Shown: positions 1 to 9,476, numbered from the stretch's first letter. The stretch is DNA of 38,075 bases from an uncultured Thiomonas sp. (GCA_937927695.1 CALBRU010000051.1:1-38075), one strand, 5' to 3'. Numbers and translations: made by a program. The notes: generated by a model from the letters alone, not told the origin.

Positions 1-2
1 TC

Positions 3-482
3 TCGGTGGCCTGCATGCACTGCTCCGACGCTCCGTGCATGGCGGTGTGTCCGGTGAGTTGTTTCTATCGCACCCCGGAAGGCGTGGTGCTGCACGACAA
101 GGACGTGTGCATCGGTTGCGGTTACTGTTCCTATGCTTGTCCCTTCGGCGCGCCGCAGTTCCCGGCCAACGGCGAATTCGGCCTGCGCGGCAAGATGGAC
201 AAGTGCACCTTCTGCGCCGGCGGCCCCGCGCCCAACGGCTCGGAGGAACAATTCAAGGAATACGGCCGCGACCGCCTCGCCGAGGGCAAGCTGCCGATCT
301 GCGCCGAGATGTGTTCGACCAAGGCGCTGCTGGCGGGAGACGGCGAGGTCATTGCCGACATCCTGCGCGACCGCGTGCTGCATCGTGGAGGAGGCGCCGA
401 ACTGTGGGGTTGGGGGACGGCGTATGGCAAGGCTGACGCGCAAGCACAGCCCGCACCGACGAAGCAAGGGGAGTCATCATGA
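3..482 (+). CDS. fdhB: Formate dehydrogenase iron-sulfur (beta) subunit, 5'-truncated at window edge
   Basis: CMHCSDAPCMAVCP, CIGCGYCSYACP, KCTFC and PICAEMC motifs; the first cluster motif is missing because the frame is open to the window start; followed by fdhC. Confidence 0.92.
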   Translation, partial: SVACMHCSDAPCMAVCPVSCFYRTPEGVVLHDKDVCIGCGYCSYACPFGAPQFPANGEFGLRGKMDKCTFCAGGPAPNGSEEQFKEYGRDRLAEGKLPICAEMCSTKALLAGDGEVIADILRDRVLHRGGGAELWGWGTAYGKADAQAQPAPTKQGESS

Positions 483-712
483 ACCGCAGAATTTCCTTGA
501 TGTTCGCGGCCGTCTTGCTCGCCATGACGGCAGGATGCAGTCAGAAACCACAGACCCTTACTCAGACCGGAGCGCCGCCTTCGCAAGATCCCTGGATGGG
601 CGCCAATCCCGCTTTCACCGAAAAGGACTGGAAGGTGGGGGATAAGGCCAGCTGGCAGCGCGAGATCAACCGTCGCGCCCAGAACCAGAACGAATACGTG
701 CGCATGCGCTAG
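479..712 (+). CDS. Small lipoprotein of FDH cluster
   Basis: Lipoprotein signal (TAG-C), C-terminal RAQNQNEY; ATGA overlap with fdhB stop. Confidence 0.75.
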   Translation: MNRRISLMFAAVLLAMTAGCSQKPQTLTQTGAPPSQDPWMGANPAFTEKDWKVGDKASWQREINRRAQNQNEYVRMR

Positions 713-721
713 GAGCAGGCC

Positions 722-1912
722 ATGTTCAGAGTCTTATCCCGTTTTGTTGCCGCTTTTGTTGCTGCTCTCGCGCTGGGTGTTGGCTTGAGCGTGAGTTGGG
801 GCGTGTCTGCTTCACTCGCGGCGGATGCGCCAGCAACGCTCACTCCGGGGCCGCAGGTCGGCACGGCACAGCGCGCAGATCAACCTGCGGCTCCTCCGGG
901 CGCTTCAACCATCCCCGGCTATCTGCAGCAAACCAATGGCGAGCGTGCGCAAGTGCAGCCTGGCAATAACGCACCCATGTGGCGCGAAATCAAGCAGCAA
1001 GCTGGTTTCTCCAGCCTGCCCGATCCCGAAGCCGGGGTGCTGATTCAGCCACAAACGACATATCCCGGCTCAGCCTTTACCTCGGCAGGCGAAGCGTGGC
1101 GGCAGACCCGCAATTTGCTGCTCATTCCAGTCGGCGGCTGGCTGCTGATCATCGCCGTGGTGGGCATTGGCGCGTTCTATTTGTTCCGCGGAAAAATCCG
1201 GCTGGAGCACAAACCCACGGGACGAAAGATCGAGCGTTTCACGCCGTTCGAGCGTTTCATGCACTGGGTACTGGCGTTCTCGTTCATCGCACTTGCGGTG
1301 TCGGGCATCGTCATCATGTTTGGCAAATTCTTCCTGCTGCCCATTCTGGGCTCGGCGTTCTTCGGCTGGCTCACTTACGCGCTCAAGACCCTCCACAACT
1401 TTGTCGGGCCGCTGTTCGGGCTGTCGCTGGTGATCGTGCTGCTGACCTTCGTGCGCGACAACCTGCCGAGCAAGACCGATCTGGCCTGGCTCGCAAAGGG
1501 GGGCGGTTTGTTTGGCGGCGGCGAAGCACCATCCGCGCGGTTCAATGCGGGCGAGAAAATCTGGTTCTGGGCCGGGGTGCTGTTCTTGGGCCTGCTGGCA
1601 GTGGCATCGGGCCTGGTGCTCGACAAACTGGTGCCCAACTTCCCCTACACCCGCGGTGCCATGCAGGTGGCCGAAATCGTCCACGCCTCAGCCACCATTT
1701 TGTTCATGGCCATGGCCTTCGGCCACATCTACATCGGCAGCGTTGGCACGGAGGGCGCGCTCGATGGCATGCGCACTGGTTATGTGGACGAGAGCTGGGC
1801 GAAGCAGCACCACACGCTCTGGCTGGATGCGATCAAGTCCGGAAAAATTCCTGCCCAGCGCAGCGGCCCCAACGCGCAGGCGCCAATGCCCGTGATCAAA
1901 CCCAAGGCTTGA
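722..1912 (+). CDS. fdhC: Formate dehydrogenase gamma (cytochrome b556) subunit with N-terminal periplasmic extension
   Basis: RFTPFERFMHW, LHNFVG, RFNAGEK, GHIY, GYVDESWAKQHH motifs; AGGAG RBS upstream. Confidence 0.92.
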   Translation: MFRVLSRFVAAFVAALALGVGLSVSWGVSASLAADAPATLTPGPQVGTAQRADQPAAPPGASTIPGYLQQTNGERAQVQPGNNAPMWREIKQQAGFSSLPDPEAGVLIQPQTTYPGSAFTSAGEAWRQTRNLLLIPVGGWLLIIAVVGIGAFYLFRGKIRLEHKPTGRKIERFTPFERFMHWVLAFSFIALAVSGIVIMFGKFFLLPILGSAFFGWLTYALKTLHNFVGPLFGLSLVIVLLTFVRDNLPSKTDLAWLAKGGGLFGGGEAPSARFNAGEKIWFWAGVLFLGLLAVASGLVLDKLVPNFPYTRGAMQVAEIVHASATILFMAMAFGHIYIGSVGTEGALDGMRTGYVDESWAKQHHTLWLDAIKSGKIPAQRSGPNAQAPMPVIKPKA

Positions 1913-1916
1913 GGAG

Positions 1917-2240
1917 ATGATGATGCGATGCATGCGTGGACTAATAGTGGCCGTCTCGCTGGCTTGCGGCGTAACGGCATGGGCCAAGTTGCCACCGCCC
2001 AGTCCAGAAGCCAAGGCGAAGGCGGAAGAGGCCGCAGCCAAAGGTAAATGGGCCGACAAGGTGGCTGCCTATCAGCTGTGTCAAACCCAGGATAAAGTGG
2101 CGGCGTTTTATTACGCTCAGGCCAAGGAACAAGGCAAGGCGACTCAGCCGCCGGTTGCTACCCCGCCCTGTGTGAACCCCGGGCCGTATGTGGCCGCACA
2201 ATCTGCCGCAGCCGCCCCGGCAGCCGCCGCGCAGAAATAA
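1917..2240 (+). CDS. Small exported FDH-associated protein
   Basis: Signal peptide (AWA-K), two Cys (QLC, PPC), GAGGAG RBS, directly after fdhC. Confidence 0.7.
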   Translation: MMMRCMRGLIVAVSLACGVTAWAKLPPPSPEAKAKAEEAAAKGKWADKVAAYQLCQTQDKVAAFYYAQAKEQGKATQPPVATPPCVNPGPYVAAQSAAAAPAAAAQK

Positions 2241-2319
2241 GGAGCAGCGTCTGGGCGTCGTCATGTGGGCCGACAGGCTGTCACGCCTTGATTTGCAACC
2301 GCCCGAGAAGAATGTATTG

Positions 2320-2808
2320 ATGGCCCAATCTGAATTAGTGTCTTCGCAACACGTCACTGCGTCTGCATCGCAGCCTCGTGTTCCGCAACTCAGCCAGGCG
2401 CGAGAGGTCCTCACCCATGGTGTGAGGGTACGCAACGAATTTGGGGAAACGCAGGAGGCCCAAATTCCTACGGAGCGGCCGTTGACGCTGTATCTCGACA
2501 AGCAGGAGCTTGTCCCCCTGATGACCGTGGGTGCGGCCCCCGAGTTGCTGGCGCTGGGTTATATGTGCAATCAGCGTCTGGTGCACTCGATCGCCGATAT
2601 TGCCTCAGTGCAGGTCGATTGGGAGGTGGAGACCTGCTCCATCACCAGCCGCAGCGGCATTGCGGATTTGACGCAACGCACCGCCGGTCGGCGGGTTGTC
2701 ACCACGGGCTGTGGCCAGAGCACGGTCTATGCCAGCCTGATGGACGAAGTGGACAACGCCGCGCTTGAGCGTTTTGTTGCTGAGCCGCTGGAGCGGTTAT
2801 CGGCATGA
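2320..2808 (+). pseudogene. fdhD: FdhD sulfurtransferase, N-terminal half only (about 162 aa); start uncertain
   Basis: ERPLTLYLDKQEL, PELLALGY, VQVDWEVE and TTGCGQ motifs are present; stops before the C-terminal H(G/A)CAL and EDVGRHNA(V)D motifs. Confidence 0.75.
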
Positions 2809-3398
2809 GCGCACCGGTTTTCGCGCCTGCCGCATGGCCCATCGCCGTGCTCATGCAGCGCGACCAGCTCAACAATCGCTGGCAGCGCTGGCGCTGGGGT
2901 CTGCGCGACGTCCTGCCTGCGACGGCAGGCCGTGTGGCGCCGGAATCTGCGCCCATCTGTCTGGAGTGGGGCGGGGCGCAGTCGCAATGGTTGTATCCCG
3001 GCTTCAGCGTGCAACTGTTCCGCGATGAGGCGGAGGGCTATCACCTCAACCTCACCTCGCCGCAGCCCAGCTGGTTTGTCTGGTGGACGCCAGCGGCAGA
3101 GCCGGAATGCGACGATCCGCGCCATGTGCCCGAAGGCTTGCCCGTCATTCAGGCGGTGACTCTGTCCTACAACGAAGCTGCCCGCTGGATGGATGCCGGC
3201 GAAACCATCGAGATTGCGCCGCTGCCGGCCGCGGTGGCCAACTGGCTGGCCGGTTTTTCCTCCCTGCATTACAAGCCCGAACCGCGCAAGCGCCGCCGCC
3301 CGCAGAGCTTTCTCGCGCCCGAGGAACGCGATGTGTCCGGCAGCAAGGCGCCAAGCCCTAGCGCCGACGGAGACGATCCACCGGTCTGTTGTCCATGA
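2805..3398 (+). CDS. DUF3305 family protein (FDH maturation cluster)
   Basis: NRWQRWRW, LFRDEAEGYHLNL, VTLSYNEAARWMD, HYKPEPRKRRRP motifs. Confidence 0.85.
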   Translation: MSAPVFAPAAWPIAVLMQRDQLNNRWQRWRWGLRDVLPATAGRVAPESAPICLEWGGAQSQWLYPGFSVQLFRDEAEGYHLNLTSPQPSWFVWWTPAAEPECDDPRHVPEGLPVIQAVTLSYNEAARWMDAGETIEIAPLPAAVANWLAGFSSLHYKPEPRKRRRPQSFLAPEERDVSGSKAPSPSADGDDPPVCCP

Positions 3399-3994
3399 GT
3401 GAAGCCAGTTCACACGAAGACCGCGGTTTTCTATCGCGCTGGTCGCGGCGCAAGTTGCAGACCGGGACAGATTCTGTTCCCGCGGCGGCGCCCGTCGCCC
3501 CTGCGCCGGACAAGGATGAGGAACTGGCCGCTGTTCCCGAAACTGTTCCTGCGCTTGCAGACGATCAACCGCCACCGCCCACGCTGGACGAGCTGCAAGC
3601 GCTCGATCACACTGCCGATCTGACACGGTTCATCGCCAAAGGTGTGGACGAGGGCGTGCGCCGTGCCGCTCTGCGCAAGCTGTTTGCCGATCCGCAGTTC
3701 AACGTGATGGATGGACTCGATACCTATATCGACGACTACAACACCCCCAGCCCGGTTCCGCCCGGCCTTCTGGCGCGCTTGAAACTGACTCCGAATCTGG
3801 GGCTCGACTTGGCAGACCCCGCCCTTGCAACGCCCGCAGCGCAGCGACCGACCTCCGAGTGCCCCGGTTCGACTTCGGAAAACCGCACTTCGACCACCGC
3901 GAATGAGGCCGACACCACAGATCAGCCCGATTCGGCGTCCACTCCCGACATGCCCCAACACGCCTCTTTGAGCGCAACACCTCCCACCCCATGA
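3395..3994 (+). CDS. DUF3306 family protein
   Basis: FLSRWSRRK, RRAALRKLFADPQFNVMDGLDTYIDDY; ATGA overlaps at both ends. Confidence 0.87.
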   Translation: MSEASSHEDRGFLSRWSRRKLQTGTDSVPAAAPVAPAPDKDEELAAVPETVPALADDQPPPPTLDELQALDHTADLTRFIAKGVDEGVRRAALRKLFADPQFNVMDGLDTYIDDYNTPSPVPPGLLARLKLTPNLGLDLADPALATPAAQRPTSECPGSTSENRTSTTANEADTTDQPDSASTPDMPQHASLSATPPTP

Positions 3995-6201
3995 AAACTC
4001 TGGTCTGCGATTGCAACCACACCATGCCGCTGGACGGCCCGCAACTGTCTGCCGCTTTGGGCCAGACCATCCAACCGCACAGCCAGCTGTGTCGTCGTGA
4101 GATCGCGCGCTTTCAGCAGGCCGCGCAGAGTACCGAGCCCTTGCTCGTCGCCTGCACGCAAGAGGCCACGCTATTTGCCGCGCTGGCGGCGCAGACCGAG
4201 GGCGTGCCACCGCCCGATGTGCGACCGATCCGGTTTGTCAACATCCGTGAAACCGCAGGCTGGAGTCGTGAGGCCAAGGCTGTCGGTCCGAAAATTGCCG
4301 CTCTGCTTGCTGCTGCGGCGTTACCTGAACCCGAACCCGTGCCGACCGCGGGCTATCACAGCGCGGGGCGTTGCCTGGTCATTGGCGATGTCGAGTCGCT
4401 GGACATGGCGCGCAAGCTCCTTGCCGACAGCCTGGAACTCACCCTGCTGGACACCGGGCGACCGGGTGGACGTGCTGCGCACGCCGCATTGCCGCTGCAG
4501 CATGAACATCCGGTCCATGCCGGGCGTGTGCGTAGCGTGCGCGGCTGGCTGGGGGCGTTCGAGGTGGACATCGAGAGCGCCAATCCGATCGATCTCGATG
4601 TCTGCACCCGCTGCAATGCCTGCCTTGCCGCGTGCCCCGAGGGCGCGATCGGGCTGGATTACCAGATCGACCTGCAGCGCTGCACCGGGCATCGCGATTG
4701 TGTGCAGGCTTGCGGGGCCATCGGCGCTATCGACTTCAACCGCGGCCTTCGGGCGGACACGCTGCAAGTCGATCTGGTGCTCGATCTGCAGCCGCAGCCC
4801 AGCCTGTCGCTGCATCAACCGCCGCAGGGCTATTACGCCCCGGGCTCCGACCTGATGTCGCTGGTGCACGCCGCGACTGAACTGCGCGATCTGAAGGGCA
4901 GCTTCGACAAGCCCCGGTTTTTTCAGTATGACGCCAAGCTCTGTGCGCACTCCCGTAACACCCTGCTGGGTTGCCACGCCTGTATCGACATCTGTTCCGC
5001 GCAGGCCGTGCACAGCCGCGCCCGCCTGCGGCCCGACCAGACACCCCCCATCGCCGAGGCCGATTCCATCTTACCCACTGCCGCGCAAAAAAAGCCCTTC
5101 GTCGAGCAGATCGAGATCGACCCGCATCTATGCGTAGGCTGCGGCGCCTGCACCACGGTGTGTCCCACCGGGGCGCTCACCTACGCCTACCCACGCGCAC
5201 CGGAAATTGGCGCACGGCTGCGCACCCTGCTGCTCACCGCCCAGCGCGCCGGGCTGAAACGGCCGGCGCTGCTGTTCCACAGCCAGGAAGCGGGTGCGGA
5301 ACTCATCGGACAGCTTGGTCGGCTCGCGGCGGCAGATCCCCGCGTTCGTGGCCTGCCAGCCCACGTTATTGCGGTGCCGCTGTGGCATATCGCCTCGGTG
5401 GGCATGGAGCTTTGGCTGTCCGCATTTTCCTGGGGTGCGGCAGAGATTCTGGTCTTGTCCGACAACACCGAAGCCCCGGCCTACCTCCATGCTCTCCAAG
5501 GCCAGATGCAGCTCACCGAAACCCTGCTGCACGGCATGGGACATACCGGCGCACGGCTGCGTTTGATGCAGACTGCCGATGCACGAGAACTCGATGCCTT
5601 GCTGGCGTCACCGCGACCAACAGGTGCGGTTCCCAGCATCCAGGCGCAGTTCGCCGCCCTACCGCAGAAGCGCGCCACGCTCGATCTCGCGCTAGACCAT
5701 CTGATCCGCCATGCGCCCGCGCAGGAGGTGGCGTCGGGCGCGTCCGCCATCCCCCTGCCGCATGGCGCGGGTTCCCCCCTTGGCGCCATCCGGGTGGACG
5801 CCAGCCGCTGCACCCTGTGCCTGAGTTGTGTAGGCGCCTGTCCTGCGGGGGCGTTGGCCGACAACCCGCAGGCGCCACAACTGCGATTCATCGAAAAGAA
5901 CTGCGTGCAGTGCGGCCTGTGCGTCAATACCTGCCCGGAAGACGCCATCCGCCTGGAGCCGCGTCTGCTTTGGGGGCCTCAGCGCAACGCTCCGCAGGTG
6001 CTCAACGAGGCCCAGCCCTGGCGCTGCGTGCGCTGCGGCAAGCCCTTTGGCACGGTGCAGGCAATCGAGCAAATGGTGGCCAAGCTCTCCGGACATCCGG
6101 CCTTCTCTGGCGACGCAGCCATTCGGCTGAAAATGTGCAGCGATTGCCGGGTGATCGACATGCATACCCGCGCCGACACCACCATTCACGATCTGCCCTG
6201 A
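3991..6201 (+). CDS. Large multi-[4Fe-4S] ferredoxin-like protein of FDH clusters
   Basis: Several CxxCxxCxxxCP motifs (CTRCNACLAACP, CVGCGACTTVCP, CTLCLSCVGACP, CVQCGLCVNTCP), VACTQE, VNIRE, C-terminal CxxC pairs. Confidence 0.88.
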   Translation: MKTLVCDCNHTMPLDGPQLSAALGQTIQPHSQLCRREIARFQQAAQSTEPLLVACTQEATLFAALAAQTEGVPPPDVRPIRFVNIRETAGWSREAKAVGPKIAALLAAAALPEPEPVPTAGYHSAGRCLVIGDVESLDMARKLLADSLELTLLDTGRPGGRAAHAALPLQHEHPVHAGRVRSVRGWLGAFEVDIESANPIDLDVCTRCNACLAACPEGAIGLDYQIDLQRCTGHRDCVQACGAIGAIDFNRGLRADTLQVDLVLDLQPQPSLSLHQPPQGYYAPGSDLMSLVHAATELRDLKGSFDKPRFFQYDAKLCAHSRNTLLGCHACIDICSAQAVHSRARLRPDQTPPIAEADSILPTAAQKKPFVEQIEIDPHLCVGCGACTTVCPTGALTYAYPRAPEIGARLRTLLLTAQRAGLKRPALLFHSQEAGAELIGQLGRLAAADPRVRGLPAHVIAVPLWHIASVGMELWLSAFSWGAAEILVLSDNTEAPAYLHALQGQMQLTETLLHGMGHTGARLRLMQTADARELDALLASPRPTGAVPSIQAQFAALPQKRATLDLALDHLIRHAPAQEVASGASAIPLPHGAGSPLGAIRVDASRCTLCLSCVGACPAGALADNPQAPQLRFIEKNCVQCGLCVNTCPEDAIRLEPRLLWGPQRNAPQVLNEAQPWRCVRCGKPFGTVQAIEQMVAKLSGHPAFSGDAAIRLKMCSDCRVIDMHTRADTTIHDLP

Positions 6202-6206
6202 CCGCC

Positions 6207-6848
6207 ATGCTGCAACCTCTGTCGATGCAACACCCTGATGTGGAACTGGCCGCGCCCGGCAGCGATGAAGACGCCGCCCGCGCCGATCTCTGGGGATTGC
6301 TCGCGCTGCTGTTCATCGCACCGCCCTCGCAACAAGTGCTGTCGCAACTCGCGAGCATGTTGGCGGCCGAGAATGCTGACCAAAGCGCACTGCACTTGGC
6401 CTGGGCCAACTTGCTGAACACTGCCGCCGGGGTGACACCCGAAGAGGTTCGGGATGAATTCGAAATCCTGTTCGGCGGCACGGGGCGGCCTGCGGTGTAT
6501 GTCTATGGCTCGTTTTACCTGGCCGGCGCCCTACATGAAAAGCCGCTGGCCCGACTGCGCGCGGATTTGCAGGACATCGGGCTGGCCCGCAGCATCGACT
6601 TGGGGGAGAGCGAAGACCACTTCGCCATCCTCGCCGAAACCATGCGCTATCTCATTGCGGGGGACGCCCCTGCGGTGTGCAATCTGACGCGGCAGCGCGA
6701 TCTGTTCCAGCGCCACATTCAGCCCTGGGGCGCTCAGATGTGCGAGGCCATCGAGGGCGACCACGCGGCGCGGTTCTACCGCGCGCTCGCTGCGTTCACC
6801 CGCGAATTTCTCCAAGTGGAGCAGATGGCGTTCGATCTGCTGGATTGA
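6207..6848 (+). CDS. TorD/DmsD family molybdoenzyme chaperone
   Basis: YGSFYLAGALHEKPL and ESEDHF motifs; ATG at 6207 (the long upstream extension in the ORF track is out of frame within the Fe-S gene). Confidence 0.88.
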   Translation: MLQPLSMQHPDVELAAPGSDEDAARADLWGLLALLFIAPPSQQVLSQLASMLAAENADQSALHLAWANLLNTAAGVTPEEVRDEFEILFGGTGRPAVYVYGSFYLAGALHEKPLARLRADLQDIGLARSIDLGESEDHFAILAETMRYLIAGDAPAVCNLTRQRDLFQRHIQPWGAQMCEAIEGDHAARFYRALAAFTREFLQVEQMAFDLLD

Positions 6849-6855
6849 GCTGGCT

Positions 6856-7995
6856 TTACGCTGTTTTTGCAGGCAACTCCGGCTTGCAGCTCAGGCAAGG
6901 CGCCTGCACCAGATGACCGTGCCACAGACCGTGGGCGCTGCGCACCGCCACCACGGCCCAGGCCGCCACCAGCGCGACGATCAGCGCAGCGGCAAACGCG
7001 GTGAAGAAGGCCATGCCGGTGCGCAGTCCCAGAGTCAGGCTGGCGGCGGTATAGACGCCTAAGGGGAAAGTGAACCCCCACCAGCCCAGGTTGAAGGGCA
7101 ACCCACGCCGAACCTGAATGGCCGTGAGCGCAATGGCCGTCACCAGCCACCACAGACCCAGGCCCCACAGAATCAGCGCGCCGATCACGCCCAGCGGCCC
7201 TGCCAGCGCGGCCACGGGCGTCATCACCGTGCCTGCGAAAGCCTGCGGCGCTGCGGCGCCAAGCGTGAGCAGCGCGAAGGCGCCCGTGCCGATCGGCCCT
7301 AGACTCAGCCAGGTTGAGACGCCGAGTTCTTTGGGCGGCAGCTTGTGCAGCGCCAGCCGCAGATACAGCACGGTGAGAATGCCCAGCGCAAGGGGAACCG
7401 ACATGCCCCACAAGGCATAACCCGAGACGATCAGCGACTGCGCCTGCGCGGTGGGTAGATGCTGCGCCAGATAGCCCGCACTCGATGCTGCCACTTCGGC
7501 AGGCACTACCGGCAGCAGCCACACGCCTGTCATGCGCTCCAGGCTGTGATCCTGCGCGGTGAACTGATACCAGGGCACCAGCCAGCCGGTGAGTAGCGAC
7601 AGGGCGGCATCGATCCACCACAGGTGGGTGGCCAACTCGGCGGCGGCGGGTTGCCCCGGATGAAACAGCACCAGCCCGTTGACCAGCGGGATGAGCGCCA
7701 TTGGGATGGCGCCCAAAAACATCGACTGCACCGGATGGCGCAGTAGCGGCATCGCGTCCTGCGTGAAAAACAGCCAACGCGCTGCGAAAATACCTGTAAA
7801 GAGCGCGAAAATGGCAGCATCGGCGATGAACAGGCCATAAGCGAGGGCATGCAGGCCAGCGATGTGTGCCGGAAACTGCGCCAGCAGCAAAAAGGTAATG
7901 CCCGTGCCCATATTGACCGTGAACCAGTTGGGCGTGAACTGGCGCACGAGTTCGATGGGGGAGGGCAGTCGGTTGAGCGGTTTCCAGGGTGACAT
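6856..7995 (-). CDS. TDT/SLAC1 family anion channel (TehA/Mae1/Ssu1-like)
   Basis: About 10 TM helices; FTPNWFTVNMGTG, GAIPM, WLLPVVP, STWLSLGPIG, NLGWWGFTFPLG (gating Phe retained). Confidence 0.9.
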   Translation of the reverse strand: MSPWKPLNRLPSPIELVRQFTPNWFTVNMGTGITFLLLAQFPAHIAGLHALAYGLFIADAAIFALFTGIFAARWLFFTQDAMPLLRHPVQSMFLGAIPMALIPLVNGLVLFHPGQPAAAELATHLWWIDAALSLLTGWLVPWYQFTAQDHSLERMTGVWLLPVVPAEVAASSAGYLAQHLPTAQAQSLIVSGYALWGMSVPLALGILTVLYLRLALHKLPPKELGVSTWLSLGPIGTGAFALLTLGAAAPQAFAGTVMTPVAALAGPLGVIGALILWGLGLWWLVTAIALTAIQVRRGLPFNLGWWGFTFPLGVYTAASLTLGLRTGMAFFTAFAAALIVALVAAWAVVAVRSAHGLWHGHLVQAPCLSCKPELPAKTA

Positions 7996-8054
7996 GATGG
8001 GCAGCCAAACGGTAATCAATGAATGGCTGGATACTAGGCTGAACCCTAAAACAA

Positions 8055-8074
8055 ATAAAACGAATAGTTTTTAT
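8055..8074. promoter_or_regulatory. AT-rich palindrome ATAAAA-N8-TTTTAT in divergent promoter region
   Basis: Inverted repeat within a very AT-rich stretch between the divergent TDT gene and ORF 8155. Confidence 0.4.
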
Positions 8075-8154
8075 AGATTTAACAACTTTCTTATGTCGAT
8101 TGTTGTCGAGATGGCGGGTGTCAGCCAAAGTGCCGTCACGGGCGTTGGACTGTT

Positions 8155-9042
8155 ATGAATACTTTCAACTCTTTGCGGCTCTCCGGCCTACGACCCTGGC
8201 GTTTGGGTGGTATCACTGCCTTGTTGTTAGCCTTGTTGTTAGTCTTGGCCGCCTGCTGTGGGCATCTGGCAGCGGCGCAGTCGGTCAAGGGGGCGGTCAC
8301 CTTCTCGGCGCAATGGCAGGTGCATCTCCAACAGGATGGCAAGGGGTCCGACTCCCGCGGCGCGCAATGGCTGGTCTTGCTCGGCGGGCTGGGCGGGCAA
8401 GAGGGCGTGGCCACCGCGCAAGACCAGGTGAGCTGGCCTGCGCAGGGCAACGGCGCCTATCGCATCGACAGCACCCTCACGCCGCGGGGCGCGCTTGCCG
8501 TGCTGCTGCGTCGGCTGCATTGGGTGCGCGGTGCAGGCGGTGAAGTGCGCGACGGCAGCCCCGAGTTGCTCTCGGCCCGCAATCAGCGTGGGGATAGCCC
8601 GGCCACGCTGATGCAGATCGAGCATGGGCGTATGCAAGTGACGACTGCGGGTCAGGCGGCGTCCGCGCCGACGGAATCGATGGCAACGACACAGCCCGCG
8701 CCGCCCGGACTCACCGATCCGCTGACGCTGAGCTGGGGTTATCTGCAGCGCCCGCTGCCTACCCGCGCCTTCACCGTGCCTTTACTCATCAACGACAAGG
8801 TGCAGACGGCCCACATCACGCCGCAGCGCACCGCGTTGAAATGGCAGGGCCAGGAGGTGGCGTGCACTCTGCTCGACGCTCACAGCGAACAGAGCAGCGC
8901 CACTTTGCGCATCTGGCTGCGGCAAAGCGATGGCCTGCCGCTGCAGGTCGAACTCGGCATGGGCGACCGCTACGGGCTCGATGTGGTGCAGACTCTGGCA
9001 GCGGTACCGGATGGGCTGCCCGCTGCACGTGTTCAGCACTGA
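8155..9042 (+). CDS. Exported beta-rich protein, DUF3108-like
   Basis: Signal peptide, YRIDSTL, DPLTL and IWL...LPLQV pattern resembling DUF3108; family assignment is tentative. Confidence 0.55.
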   Translation: MNTFNSLRLSGLRPWRLGGITALLLALLLVLAACCGHLAAAQSVKGAVTFSAQWQVHLQQDGKGSDSRGAQWLVLLGGLGGQEGVATAQDQVSWPAQGNGAYRIDSTLTPRGALAVLLRRLHWVRGAGGEVRDGSPELLSARNQRGDSPATLMQIEHGRMQVTTAGQAASAPTESMATTQPAPPGLTDPLTLSWGYLQRPLPTRAFTVPLLINDKVQTAHITPQRTALKWQGQEVACTLLDAHSEQSSATLRIWLRQSDGLPLQVELGMGDRYGLDVVQTLAAVPDGLPAARVQH

Positions 9043-9076
9043 ACCGCCTGCGCCGGCGAAGCGCTACGCTATATGC

Positions 9077-9460
9077 ATGAACGAGAACGGCACAGCAGAC
9101 GACAAGGCGCCCCTGCCACCCGCTGATACGGCGAGAGTGCGCTTGCAGATCAAACAAGGCACGGCGCTCGGGCCCGGCAAGGCCGCGCTGCTCGAAGCGC
9201 TGGAGCGCACGGGTTCCATTTCAGCCGCCGGGCGGGCGCTCGACATGAGCTACCGCCGCGCTTGGCTGCTGATTCACAGCGTCAATCAGGCTTACAAAGA
9301 GCCGTTGGTCGAAGCCTCCAAGGGGGGCGCGGGCGGCGGCGGTGCGCAGCTCACCCCGTTGGGGCGGGAGGTGCTGTCGATCTACCGGCGCATGGAACGC
9401 AAGGCGCTCAGGGCCATTCAGCCTGACCTCGACGTGCTGCAAAAACTGCTGCGTGAGTGA
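9077..9460 (+). CDS. modE: ModE-family winged-HTH regulator (HTH only, no TOBE/Mop domains)
   Basis: LGPGKAALLEAL..TGSISAAGRALDMSYRRAWLL and KGGAGGGGAQLT motifs; 127 aa; next to a Mo/W ABC transporter. Confidence 0.88.
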   Translation: MNENGTADDKAPLPPADTARVRLQIKQGTALGPGKAALLEALERTGSISAAGRALDMSYRRAWLLIHSVNQAYKEPLVEASKGGAGGGGAQLTPLGREVLSIYRRMERKALRAIQPDLDVLQKLLRE

Positions 9461-9476
9461 GGTGTTGGGATGCGCT

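Noticed and set aside
2806-2900. Selenocysteine read-through of the fdhD TGA
   Set aside because: The downstream in-frame sequence (AHRFSRLPHG...) has no FdhD motifs, and the TGA is not at a Cys position.
4971-6848. 625-aa TorD fusion
   Set aside because: The first 412 codons are an alternative frame inside the Fe-S gene; the chaperone starts at 6207.
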